Part shown: positions 53,127-64,000 of the stretch, one piece after another
Position numbering within the stretch: the stretch's first letter is position 1
Layout: each line of letters starts with the position of its first letter
Source: the human T2T-CHM13v2.0 reference genome, Homo sapiens
Length of the DNA stretch: 64,000 bases
Assembly: GCF_009914755.1 (NCBI RefSeq)
Contig: NC_060931.1
Strand: one strand, 5' to 3'
Made by a program: the position numbers and the translations under genes
The notes under the pieces: generated by a model
Database searches by the model: none
Told to the model about the DNA's origin: nothing
Seen by the model: only the letters and a program-made list of their open reading frames with translations

Positions 53127-54581
53127 TGATGGCAGCAGCAGCCTGTCTGGAGCAGCTGTGGCAGGGACACCAGCTGAGTGGGGAAGGCTCCGCAGGAATA
53201 GGTGGGAGCCCCATCCCCTACCGAGTTGGAGTCCCATGCTTCTGGGCGCAGCTGCAGCCACCCAGCTGCAGCTCCAGACTGGGCATCCCTGCTCTCTCAG
53301 GGGCATGGGAGTACCCCACGACCCCCGCAGGCTCAGAAGTGCCTGCTCCTGATCCCTGGCCTCTCTCTGCTCCCAGCACCGGCTCGAGTGCAGAGTAAAG
53401 TTGCAGCTGAGCCCAGGCACTGTTGCAACTCAGCTGGGTATGCGTGCACTGAAAGCAGCACTGACATGCCAGGCCCCTGCTGCCTCAGCCCCCTCTGGAC
53501 TTTGGGCACCAACAAGCATAGGAGGGAGGCTGGGGGATGGCGGTGGCTCAGTGTGGGCCTGCAGGCACCCCTCGGCATGAATAGCCTGGGTACCACGAAC
53601 AGAGGCAGGAAGCAGACAGGCTGAGAGCAGAAAGGGGTGGATCCTCGCCCACTTACAAGCCAGGGATGGCCTGAAGCCCGGGGGCAGGGCTGCCCATTCC
53701 AGGTGGAGTCCGCAGCCAGAAGTGACAACTTAGGTCCTTTTTCTGGGCCCATCCATGGCCACCCATGGACCAACCAGCACACACTTCCTCCCTTCTGTGC
53801 CCATAAAAACTCCTGGACTCAGCCAGTCTTAGACAGACATTGGGATTACCAACTGCAGGAAGGAGCCACCTACTTGGTGTCTCGGGTCTCAGGGGTCTCC
53901 TCAACTTGTTGAGGTGACCTGCCTGCAGAAAGGAGCTACCCTCCTGAGAGCTGCTTTGTTGCTCAATGAATCTCCTCTCTGCCTTGCTCATCCTCCAGTA
54001 GTCCACATACTTCATTCTTCCTGGATGTGGGACAAGAACTCAGGACCCACCGAATGGTGGGACTGAAAGAGCTGTACCACAGACAGGGCTGAAAAACGCC
54101 CCCCACTCACCACATTGCAGGCGGTGAGAAGAGCTGCAGCCCTTCGGGGAGCCCAGACCTAGGGGCTCCCTGAGCCAGGGGCTCTGCAGTTCCTAGTGTC
54201 TCCAAGCTTTCAAGTGCCACCACGTTCCACTTGCCCAAATACCAGTGCCCACAGCAGAAGCCGCTTGCGGTATGTCTGGTCCAGCCGCAGCCTTGCACAG
54301 AGCTGGCGCCTGGAGCTGCCTGCCCCACTGCGGCAGCCAGCGCGCCTGGCTGTGCGCAGTGGCTGGATCCAACGCTCGCTTGTTCACACACCCCCTGCCA
54401 CTCCTCGCCCGGCCCGCCCTTAGCAGGTGTGGGATCCAGACTGGTAGCGTGGGCCGAGCTCAGCCTATCAGGACAAGTGGGCATAACAGGCCCTGTGGGA
54501 GCAAGTAATACTCAGGCAGAAGGCACCACCCACCACTGAGGCTTCCGGCTGGCAAAGTGACACCCCAAGGATCCTGTGACA
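53127..54581 (+). mobile_element. ERV1 solo LTR, MER52 family (1455 bp, GC-rich)
   Basis: TGatggcagcagcagcctgtctggagc...ggatcctgtgaCA, with an exact 4-bp TSD TTCC (53123-53126 and 54582-54585). TATA-like CATAAAA at 53802; AATGAA at 53965. Confidence 0.88.
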
Positions 54582-55609
54582 TTCCCTTAAAGAATAATCT
54601 ATAGGGAAAAGATCCAAATCTATTATTATATTAAGGGTTTTCTCTACTTCTTCCCCGCTCTCAATCTCATGTGCAGATATACCAAATAATCAACACTCTA
54701 CCCAGTTTATTTCATATATAAGTACATTCAGTAAAGCTGCCCAATGTTATCAAAACTGTGAGGGGTTGTAACCATCACAGAGGATATACTTAAACTCATA
54801 TTTCATTTTGTTGACTCTCTAACAAGCTTCAGAAACATGGAAAAAATTTAACCTGGGTAGAAGGAAGGAGAAATCTGGAAGATAAAAGGAGATGAGGCCA
54901 ATGAGCTTTAACAGAGTAACCCTGGGAAAAAGACTTTGAAGCAGAGAGTGAAGACTATTAGCTGTAATACACAGGGTCTTGTGAATCCACAAAAATTTTA
55001 AGGACTGACTTGGTAGAACCTATAATTGAAAGAAAAACACCACAATAATAAGAGGCAATAAGGACAGTCTGCAGAGAGTAGTGCCCAATGCTACAATACT
55101 ACAGAAAGAAAACTACAATTGACCAAACCAGACATGGAAGTCCCCGAGCTAAAGCCACATTAGAGAACTAGCAGAGAGGGATAGAGGAGTGTTTAGAAGC
55201 AAAATTTGGCAGCAGTGAACTTGAGGAATAAAGGAGATGATTTAAAGACTATTTTTGATTGCTTATTTGAGAGATAATAACACTGTACAGGGTTTAGAAG
55301 TCATGGAAATTTATATATTCATCATATTTAGCTTGAACAATGGAAATGGGACTCAGCTTTTGCAAGGAAAATGTATACTTTCTGGGGTTGACAGGTGCAG
55401 AGATTTCAAGCAAAAAGGGCTACCTTCAAGGGAAAAAAATCTAAAACTCACCTGCAAAAATTTGCTTACCAATTATTACTTAATTATTTGCACACATTTA
55501 TTTTTTCCTTTAAAGGACCCTAAATTCCTTGTGGTCTTTGCATCCCCCATGATTCCTAGTAAAGCAGTAGGCTCAGATATCTTGAATTTAATTTGATCCT
55601 AAGTCATAA

Positions 55610-55845
55610 TTTGATCAGAAGCCATCTGGCCTGGGTTCTGAAGTCAGATAAACCTAAGGCAAAACCAGTTTCATCACTTGTTAGCTGCATGGCACTGAAT
55701 AAATTAATTATCCTCTCTAAACTCAGCTTCCTCATCTGTAAGAGCCAGTTGTTGCAAAGATTAAAAGAGATAATGTGTATGAAGTAATTATTACAATGCC
55801 TATCAAACTGTAAGCATTAGAAAGGGTAGAATTTATTATTTTTGT
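55610..55845 (+). mobile_element. MIR
   Basis: ggttctgaagtcagataaacct...cctctctaaactcagcttcctcatctgtaa...attaaaagagataatgtgtatgaa. Confidence 0.75.
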
Positions 55846-57984
55846 TATTGAGCTCTTTATTTTTTCTTCACACACACATAATCCATAGCACCTGATGCTA
55901 CACATTCATCAGCCAGCCAGAAACCCAGGTAAATCAATGAAAAAGAAAACGACACTAATCAATCTTCCAATTTTTCTACTCTGACAAGATTCTGGCAACT
56001 AGTGGTGAGGGAAAAAAAAGAAATCTCCTGCAAATATATATCATCTTTGTCATCAAAACAGACTCAGGTAAAGTCACAATTAGCATAAGTCTGTACAAAT
56101 GAAAACCAATTTACTAATGCAATACTGTTTTATTCAGGCTTCTTCGAAAATCCAGGGGAAAAAAATACTCCCTCTAAAAAACACAATTCAGATGACTTGG
56201 GTTTTGAAACTATGCAGAAAACAGAAAAATAGTTTTCATTATCAAAAGGTAGACAATGTTTTGTTTCAACAAGAATGAACAAACAATAAACTAACATTAT
56301 GGCCCAAAGACTATACTATTCTTAGAATGTTGGTTTAGAATTGAATAAAACTTATTGTATAAAGTAATATGTTCAAAGGAGATCCTATCAGGGGAGAAGG
56401 AGAGGCAATCATCTTTATTTTGGGCAGACATAAGAAAATAATTTTGTAGCCTTAGACTAATACCTAGATTTGGCTTTGTTCTAGACCCAGAAAAACTATT
56501 TTTGGATGCTATTTCCCCAGATACATGTAAAAAAGATTTGAATTCAAATATGCAAATGGTATTGGACTATGTCATTTTGAAGCAGTTAAGTTTTTAAAAT
56601 CCAGGCTATTCCTGTTTTGAAAGCAGTGCCATTTAATATTGTTCTTTTCTTGCTATTCCCACTTTCTATATGAATTGAGTGGGATCTCAAATCCCCTTGC
56701 TAAATGGTTTAGCAATACTTAAAATTCAGCAAAGAACATTCCCACCTTCAGGAGACACCTCTCCTTTATCATTATGGATGACTGACATATAAACAAATGT
56801 GATGCCCAGAACTGGAGTCAGTTCTGCTCTTGAAAATATTCATACATCAAACAATTCTCCTTCTTCATTTTCATAAAGACAGTTCTGACCATATTATCAT
56901 AGCTAAAGGACAAAGTGTATAGCTCTCAAAACTCAATTGATCTTAGTTATCTAAGTCTTACTTTAAATGAAGATAACAGAAATCCTTTCTCTATGTAAAA
57001 AGGTTAAGCTTGGGAAAAAAAAGTGAAAGATTTTCTGGTTCATCCTAAATAGGCTTTGGAGAAAGAATTGCTAAGTGTGAAACTCCTCACCTACTGCATT
57101 TCATTGATCAAAGGGTTTTGTAAAACAAGCAAATGCAGAATTTTGAGAGGCATTTAAAGGGCTTGTCTTTTGGAAGTTAATACCCTTTGCTTAATTTATC
57201 ATTGATTTCCATTCTCTTTTCTTCTCTTATACCATCACCGTGTGTAAGTGAATATAACAAGAGTCTCATTTGTCTAGAATAAAGCTTGAATTGTTTATGC
57301 TACAGATACTCATGGGGCCTGTAAACTATGGGATGTGTGCGTTCATTCTAGTCCTGTCAGCACCATGGGATCCTACTATGTGCCACACTCTGCTTAAGTG
57401 GCCTGCTGCTGGCTCTACTCCTGCCTCACCACAGAGCAGGTGCTCTCAGACACAGCAGATCCCAAGAACGGATGCTTTGTACATGTTCTGTTTTCATACT
57501 ATCTCTCCGGCAGCATATGAGTAGAGGCCCAGGAGCCTGAAGGAAAGCACTTGTGCCCATCACAAGCCTCGTGGGAGGAGAGAGAGAAGTGCTTATTTCT
57601 TCACACATTTTTTGATTGGACATCTGATAGTCAGGCAAAGCTGAGGCCTGTTCTCCAGTTAAAGGAGAATCACCCAGTACTGCTGTTCCTCCTCTCTCAA
57701 CTGTACTGGTTCTAAGTATTTCTCTGTATCCAGCATAGAGGAGACTTGATCCCTCCAATGGCTCCAACTAGAAATGAAGCAGCTTTCTTTGCTGTTGCCA
57801 TGGGCTCCCTTCTCCCCTCTCCTAACCTTCTTCCCTACACTCTTTCTCTCCTCCTTCCAAACCCTGGGACCAGAAAAATAATATTGTTCATATATACAAT
57901 GTTCATTTTAATTACATTTTCTATTATACAAAACTAACTGTCCTGCTCAGAATGCTTTTCAACCTTGTAAAAAAAATAAAACAA

Positions 57985-58180
57985 CAATTATGTGCTAAGC
58001 AATACATTTTATATTTTCTCCCTTAACATCCCTGTAAGGGTAGGTATTAGGGCCAAGCAAATTGAGGCTTGGATAGATTAAGTGACTTGGCCAAAGTCAA
58101 ACAATCAGTAGTAGAGACACTATTCAGACCAGGTATGTTCAAATGCCAAAGCCCAGCTTTTTACAATGCCCCCATGCTGC
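57985..58180 (-). mobile_element. MIR
   Basis: aacatccctgtaagggtaggtatta...gaggcttggatagattaagtgacttggccaaagtca. Confidence 0.7.
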
Positions 58181-59220
58181 TGCATATGGTCAAGATGTGA
58201 AAAGCAAAGCAAAAATAAGATTATAGCACCAGGAATTTGTTGAATACAAATTTGTTTCCCTTCAAGCTTACCAGAAAATTATTTCAATATATTTCAACAA
58301 AAAACAAACACTATAAAATTAGTTAAAGTAGCTTAAACATTTGATTTGTATTACTGTGAGTAGAACACACAGAAGTTTATGTTTAAATGAATACTGGCAA
58401 TGGAGTAGAATATAATGCACCTTAATTGATTTATAGATACTGTGCCTTTTAATAGCTCAGTTAGCAATTTCCAATTTTAACCAATCCTCTTCAATAAGAG
58501 CTTGCTCAAAACACTTAACATTGTTTTCTTTGAATACCTACAGCTAGAGCAAATGTTGCCCACCATGATAACATGATCAGCTAAGCCCGCAGTAAATGTT
58601 TTACTACCACAACCCACATATTTGCTCTGGCCAGTGGTTTGCCCTATAGGTCAGATTGTTCCCGTGCACTTACCCGCAGAAACTAAGTTTTGTGCTTAGT
58701 ACTCAAGACGGTTATGTTCTCTAAAGTCTTCAATTCTGTAGTCACCTCTCCACTAATGAAAACTTAGAGATCTTTGACCCTAACTTCTCTTCCTATATGT
58801 CTCTGTCCAACTTTGTAAATATACATATACATTACCTGTGTTTACATCAATGAATTTATTCAACTATTCTGCATGCAAACCAAATAACTCACTGAGTTTT
58901 GTTTGTTTGTTTTTCAAGACAGGATAGACTCTAGTTTAGAAAAAAATATTTTACTTGCCTTATCGTGAGACCATAATGACAAAAATAAGGCTCTCTATAT
59001 TATCAATTTCTCTTTATTTTGGCCAGATTCAAGTGACTATTCATTTCCAATTGCATATTCTATTTCATTTTTGCATATCTGATACCATACAATCATCAGT
59101 TTATTTCTGTTTCCATAATGAACATTATTTCTTTTCTTAGCCCAGTAATTTCCCCAACACATGCAATCAATAACTATCAATTGAATCTGAATTATTTTAA
59201 ATATACATAACTAGAAAGAG

Positions 59221-61127
59221 ATGACATGATTATATATTTAGAAAACCCCTTCGTCTCAGCTCGAAATCTCCTTAAGCTGATAAGCAGCTTCAGCAGTCTC
59301 AGGATACAAAATCAATGTGCAAAAGTCACAAGCATTCCTATATACCAGTAACATACAGAGAGCCAAATCATGAGTGAACTCCCATTCACAATTGCTACAA
59401 AGAAAATAAAATACCTAGAAATACAACTTACAAGGGATATGAAGGACCTCTTCAAGGAGAAAAACCAATGCTCAAGGAAATAAGAGAGGACACAAATAAA
59501 TGGAAAGACATTCCATGCTCATGGATAGGAAGAATCAATATCATGAAAATGGCCATACTGCCCAAAGTAATTTATAGATTCAATGCTATACCCATTAAGC
59601 TATCATTGACTTTCTTCACGGAACTGGAGAAAACTACTGTTAATTTCATATGGAACCAAAAAAGAGCCCACATAGCCAAGACAATCCAAAGCAAAAAGAA
59701 CAAAGCTGGAGGCATCACACTGCCTGACTTCAAACTATACTACAAGGATACAGGAACCAAAACAACATAGTACTAGTACTAAAACAGATATATAGACCAA
59801 TGGAACAGTACAGAGGCCTCAGAAATAACACCAAACATCTACGACCATCAGGTCTTTGACAAACGTGACAAAAACAAGAAATGGGGAAAGAATTCCCTAT
59901 TTAATAAATGGTGCTGGGAAAACTGGCTAGCCATATGCAGAAAACTGAAACTGGACCCCTTCATTACACCTTATACAAAAATTAACTCAAGATGGATTAA
60001 ATGTAAGACCTAAAACCATAAAAACTCTAGAAGAAAACCTAGGCAATACCATTGAGGACATAGGCATGGGCAAAGACTTCATGACTAAAACACCAAAAGC
60101 AATGGCAACAAAAGCCAAAATTGACAAATGAGATCTAATTAAAGAGCTTCTGCACAGCAAAAGAAACTATCATCAGAGTGAACAGGCAGCCTACAGAATG
60201 GGAAAAAATTTTTGCAATCTACTCATCTAACAAAGGGCTAATATCCAGAATCTACAAAGAACTTAAACAAATTTACAAGAAAACAAGCAACCCCTTCAAA
60301 AAGTGGGCAAAGGATATGAACAGACACTTCTCAAAAGAAGACATTTATGCAGCCAACAAACATATGAAAAAAAGCTCATCATCACTGGTCATTAGAGAAA
60401 TGCAAATCAAAACCACAATGAGATACCATCTCACACTAGTTAGAATGGCAATCATTAAAAAGTCAGGAAACAACAGATGCTGGAAAAGATGTGGAGAAAT
60501 AGGAATGCTTTTACCCTGTTGGTGGTAGGGTAAATTAGTTCAACCATTGTGGAAGACAGTGTGGCAATTCCTCAAGGATCTAGAACCAGAAATATCATTT
60601 GACCCAGCAATTCCATTACTGGGTATATACCCAAACGATTATAAATCATTCTACTGTAAACACACATGCACACATGTGTTTAATGTGGCACTATTCCCAA
60701 TAGCAAAGACTTGGAACCAACCCAAATGCCCATCAATGATAAATTGGATTAAGAAAATGTGGCACATATACACCATGGAATACTATGTAGCCATAAAAAG
60801 GATGAGTTCATGTCTTTTGCAGGGACATGGATAAAGCTGGAAACCATCATTCTCAGCAAACTAACACAAGAACAGAAAACCAAACACCACATGTTCTCAC
60901 TCATAAATGGGAGTAGAACAATGAGAACACATGGACACAGGGTGGGGGAATATCACATACCAGGTCCTGTCAGGCGGTTGGGGGGTCAGAGGAGGGATAG
61001 CATTAGGAGAAATACCTAATTTAGATGACAGGTTGATGGGTACAGCAAACCACCATGACACGAATATACTTATGTAACAAACCTGCACATTCTGCACATG
61101 TACCCCAGAACTTAAATTTTAAAAAAA
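59221..61127 (+). mobile_element. 5'-truncated L1PA (about L1PA7/8), 1.9 kb, disrupted ORF2
   Basis: ORF2 pieces ([15 protein letters not shown]...; [11 protein letters not shown]...; [17 protein letters not shown]) broken by stops and frameshifts, then the 3'UTR and a short A tail. TSD AGAAAGAG at 59213-59220 and 61128-61135. Confidence 0.95.
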
Positions 61128-61252
61128 AGAAAGAGGAAACATTTGTACCAAATATTATAGAAAACATAGACACTATCAATTAATTTGTCAGAAAGTATTT
61201 ATTAAGCAATTATTTTGTTAAACACTGTCCCCTCCATTAAAAATATATCTAG

Positions 61253-61450
61253 ACTAGTGTTCTGCAATAGCAATCTGATACAAGTCATGTATGTAACTTT
61301 ATATTTCCTAGTAGTCACATTTTAAAAAGTTTTTAAAAAGGTTAAAAGTTTTCATTATTATTTAAATTTTTAGTATAATAAAGTTATTTTATTTGACCCA
61401 AGATACCTGAAATATCACTTTAATATGTAATAATTATGAAACTATTATTG
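61253..61450 (+). mobile_element. MER33 (hAT-Charlie), partial
   Basis: agtgttctgcaatagcaat...tatgtaactttatatttcctagtagtcacattttaaaaag...ttttatttgacccaa. Confidence 0.7.
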
Positions 61451-61539
61451 ACTGGAGTTCCTACACCCTCTCTACCATAAGGGTTTTTTCCCTAATATAT
61501 CTTTATTCCCTTATTTTCTCAAAAAAATTCAGTAAAGTT

Positions 61540-61830
61540 CAGTATACTCCTCCTCTATGAAGCCTTCCCTGACCACTGGCATCCCCACTGACCCCACACT
61601 CTGAGTCACTTGGCACACTGTGGACATTAGTAATTACACATAAGTAAGTGTAATTAGCTTCTCATTACACTTATGCATATAAATAAATAAGCAGAAAATT
61701 GAGTGATTTTTTTTTTCTTGCCAGACTGTGAGCTACCTAAAGGCCAGTCCATGTCTTTTCATCTTCCTGTCTCCAGTCCCTAGCACAATGTGTGGCCATA
61801 GGAAGTATTCAAAAAATATCATTCAAATTA
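61540..61830 (+). mobile_element. L2 3' part
   Basis: ctcctcctctatgaagccttccctgacc...ccagactgtgagct...ccagtccctagcacaatgtgtggccatagg. Confidence 0.7.
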
Positions 61831-61900
61831 TATAAAAACAGAAGAAATAGCACTCTCTAAAACCAAAAGAGAGCCAAAATATATCTCCATAAGAATATAA

Positions 61901-62258
<358 letters not shown>

Positions 62259-62969
62259 TAAAGTTGTTTGCAATTATTTCACCTTAAAAGGAAAGGAAAA
62301 CAATAGTAGGCATCAGCTTGCATGCTGGAAATTTTCATACAGAATAATATTATGATGACCTTCCCATGAAAGAGAGAAAGAGAGAAATATATATAAAGTG
62401 ATATATGTATAATGATTTCTATACTTAGATTTAGGGAGTAGACATGTTTTATTCTAATAGCAAAATAATTAAAGATACTGTTATACTGGTCTTTAACTGG
62501 CCCAGCCAGAAAACTTTTTATTTACTAAACTCATCTTCTCAATGAAACAAAACAACTGGGCCAACAGAAATAATTTGCTACTCAACTCGCTCCTAGATGT
62601 TCAGAAAAAAATGAGTCAATTAAAAACAGAATTGTATTTGGAAAGGATAGTGATGGACCTGAATTGTGATTCTGGTCTGCTCTGATGGACAAAAGTCATG
62701 GGGCAGGAACAGCGGTAGAGAGGGAAGGTGAAGCACCCATTGTTCAAAAACTGGGGCTGCTAGCTTTGTAATACAATATTGTAATGTCCCCTTTAGGCCC
62801 AACCCCACCTTCTCTGATCTCCCCAGGACAGAAAAAGATAAGAACTTTGCATCTATTGTTAGATTTATTCATCCTGAGAGATAGAATGCCTAGGCCATAA
62901 CATAACCTATATTAGGATCATGGGTGACAGATGGGTTTCTGGTAGTTGTTGGCACTGCCTTGTTTACTC

Positions 62970-62994
62970 TGTGTGTGTGTTTGTGTGTGTGTGT
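62970..62994. repeat. (TG)n microsatellite, interrupted
   Basis: tgtgtgtgtgtttgtgtgtgtgtgt. Confidence 0.9.
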
Positions 62995-64000
62995 ACACCT
63001 TTCTCCCTTTATATATCATGTATCAAGATTATTGGATTTGATCAAATACATGGTTAGACCAGGAAAGATTTGAATACACTTATAAACTTGACTTAAACAA
63101 ATTCCAAATCCATTTAACAGCAATGGAAGATGAAATTCTTCCACTTTTTACTTTGTTCATGTCAATTCAGAGACACCACTGGTTATTAAGACTTCCTCCT
63201 ATGACTCACATCATCAAAGCTACATATTCACACACATTTTTCAAAGGGAAAATAACCCACACTTTATTTCTGTAAAGTTCAATGGATAACAGTAATCTGT
63301 GCAAGAATAAATGCCTCACAAGCTTGGATTATGTGAAAACCTCTTAAATCTACATCCCTTGAGAAAAAAAAAAAGTACAGCACTCTCAGATGCATTACAT
63401 GGACCTTGCTTCTTCATTTTTGACTTTCATTAGGAAATCGTCTCTTCCATTTGCCCCCAAATGCAAATGCTTCTTCAAAAACATTTTAAAATGTTCAATC
63501 ACATAAAACAGAAAGCAGCCTTCATGATTAGAAACTTACAAGGTTTCAGATGTTATTTCTTTAATCCAATTCATCAAATCTTAAATAGGTCCAAAATTCA
63601 TATACAGTCCTAATAAGCTTTGAAAAGAATAGTCCTCGCTTCAAACAGAACAGTACTATTAATATACAACTGGTTAAGTTTAAACCAGTAAATCATAATG
63701 AAGCAAAAGTAGGTTTTGAGGAAACTGCCTTAAGCCTCCATGACTTTACAATTCCATATTGAGCACTAATAATAAATCCCAATTCATATGTGTGACTACA
63801 TAAATATTCATGCAGAGTTAAATGTGCACCTATAAATGTACACGATACATATGCAGATGTAAATGCATTTTATGATTTCAGCTTATGAAAATGTCTTATC
63901 TGTTGGTTTTGGAGAAACTATCACTTTGATATCCATTAGATGTAATATATGAGTTTATCATTGTATCACCATCATGTTATAATGCCATTGTCTGAGATTT

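Noticed and set aside
53103-54539. Dense cluster of 60-150 aa ORFs and a CpG-island-like composition suggesting a gene
   Set aside because: All lie in the GC-rich MER52 LTR bounded by a TSD; GC-rich sequence has few stops, and no domain is recognisable.
57300-57735. Moderately GC-rich block that may be an old LTR or an exon
   Set aside because: I could not assign a family, termini or splice-bounded frame by eye; it needs a Dfam search.
59468-61019. Reverse-transcriptase-related ORFs as an active retroelement or new gene
   Set aside because: They are fragments of a 5'-truncated L1PA ORF2 with stops and frameshifts. The same applies to 23343-24053 and 9880-10062.

Overview
Primate (very probably human) genomic DNA, not prokaryotic. 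The only protein-coding sequence I can support is one 136-bp internal exon on the minus strand (338-473). It translates to (G)[44 protein letters not shown](R), which I recognise as the Venus-flytrap domain of metabotropic glutamate receptor 8 (GRM8). The supplied ORF track misses it. Everything from 474 to 64000 looks like the long upstream GRM8 intron: AT-rich, CpG-poor and full of Alu, L1/HAL1, L2, MIR, MaLR/ERV LTR and DNA-transposon fossils. The listed ORFs are repeat-derived or chance ORFs. I see no new multi-gene system. The two most unusual structures are repair or template-switch scars: (1) a 146-bp, 97%-identical local copy (29549-29694 to 30824-30969) inserted into a perfect hairpin, with a 17-bp flanking duplication; (2) a 34-bp x3.5 minisatellite of alternating inverted 11-bp arms at the end of a MER3 (25565-25684). 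Repeat family names come from my recall of consensus sequences, not a RepeatMasker run. Boundaries of old elements (MIR, L2, L1M) are approximate.
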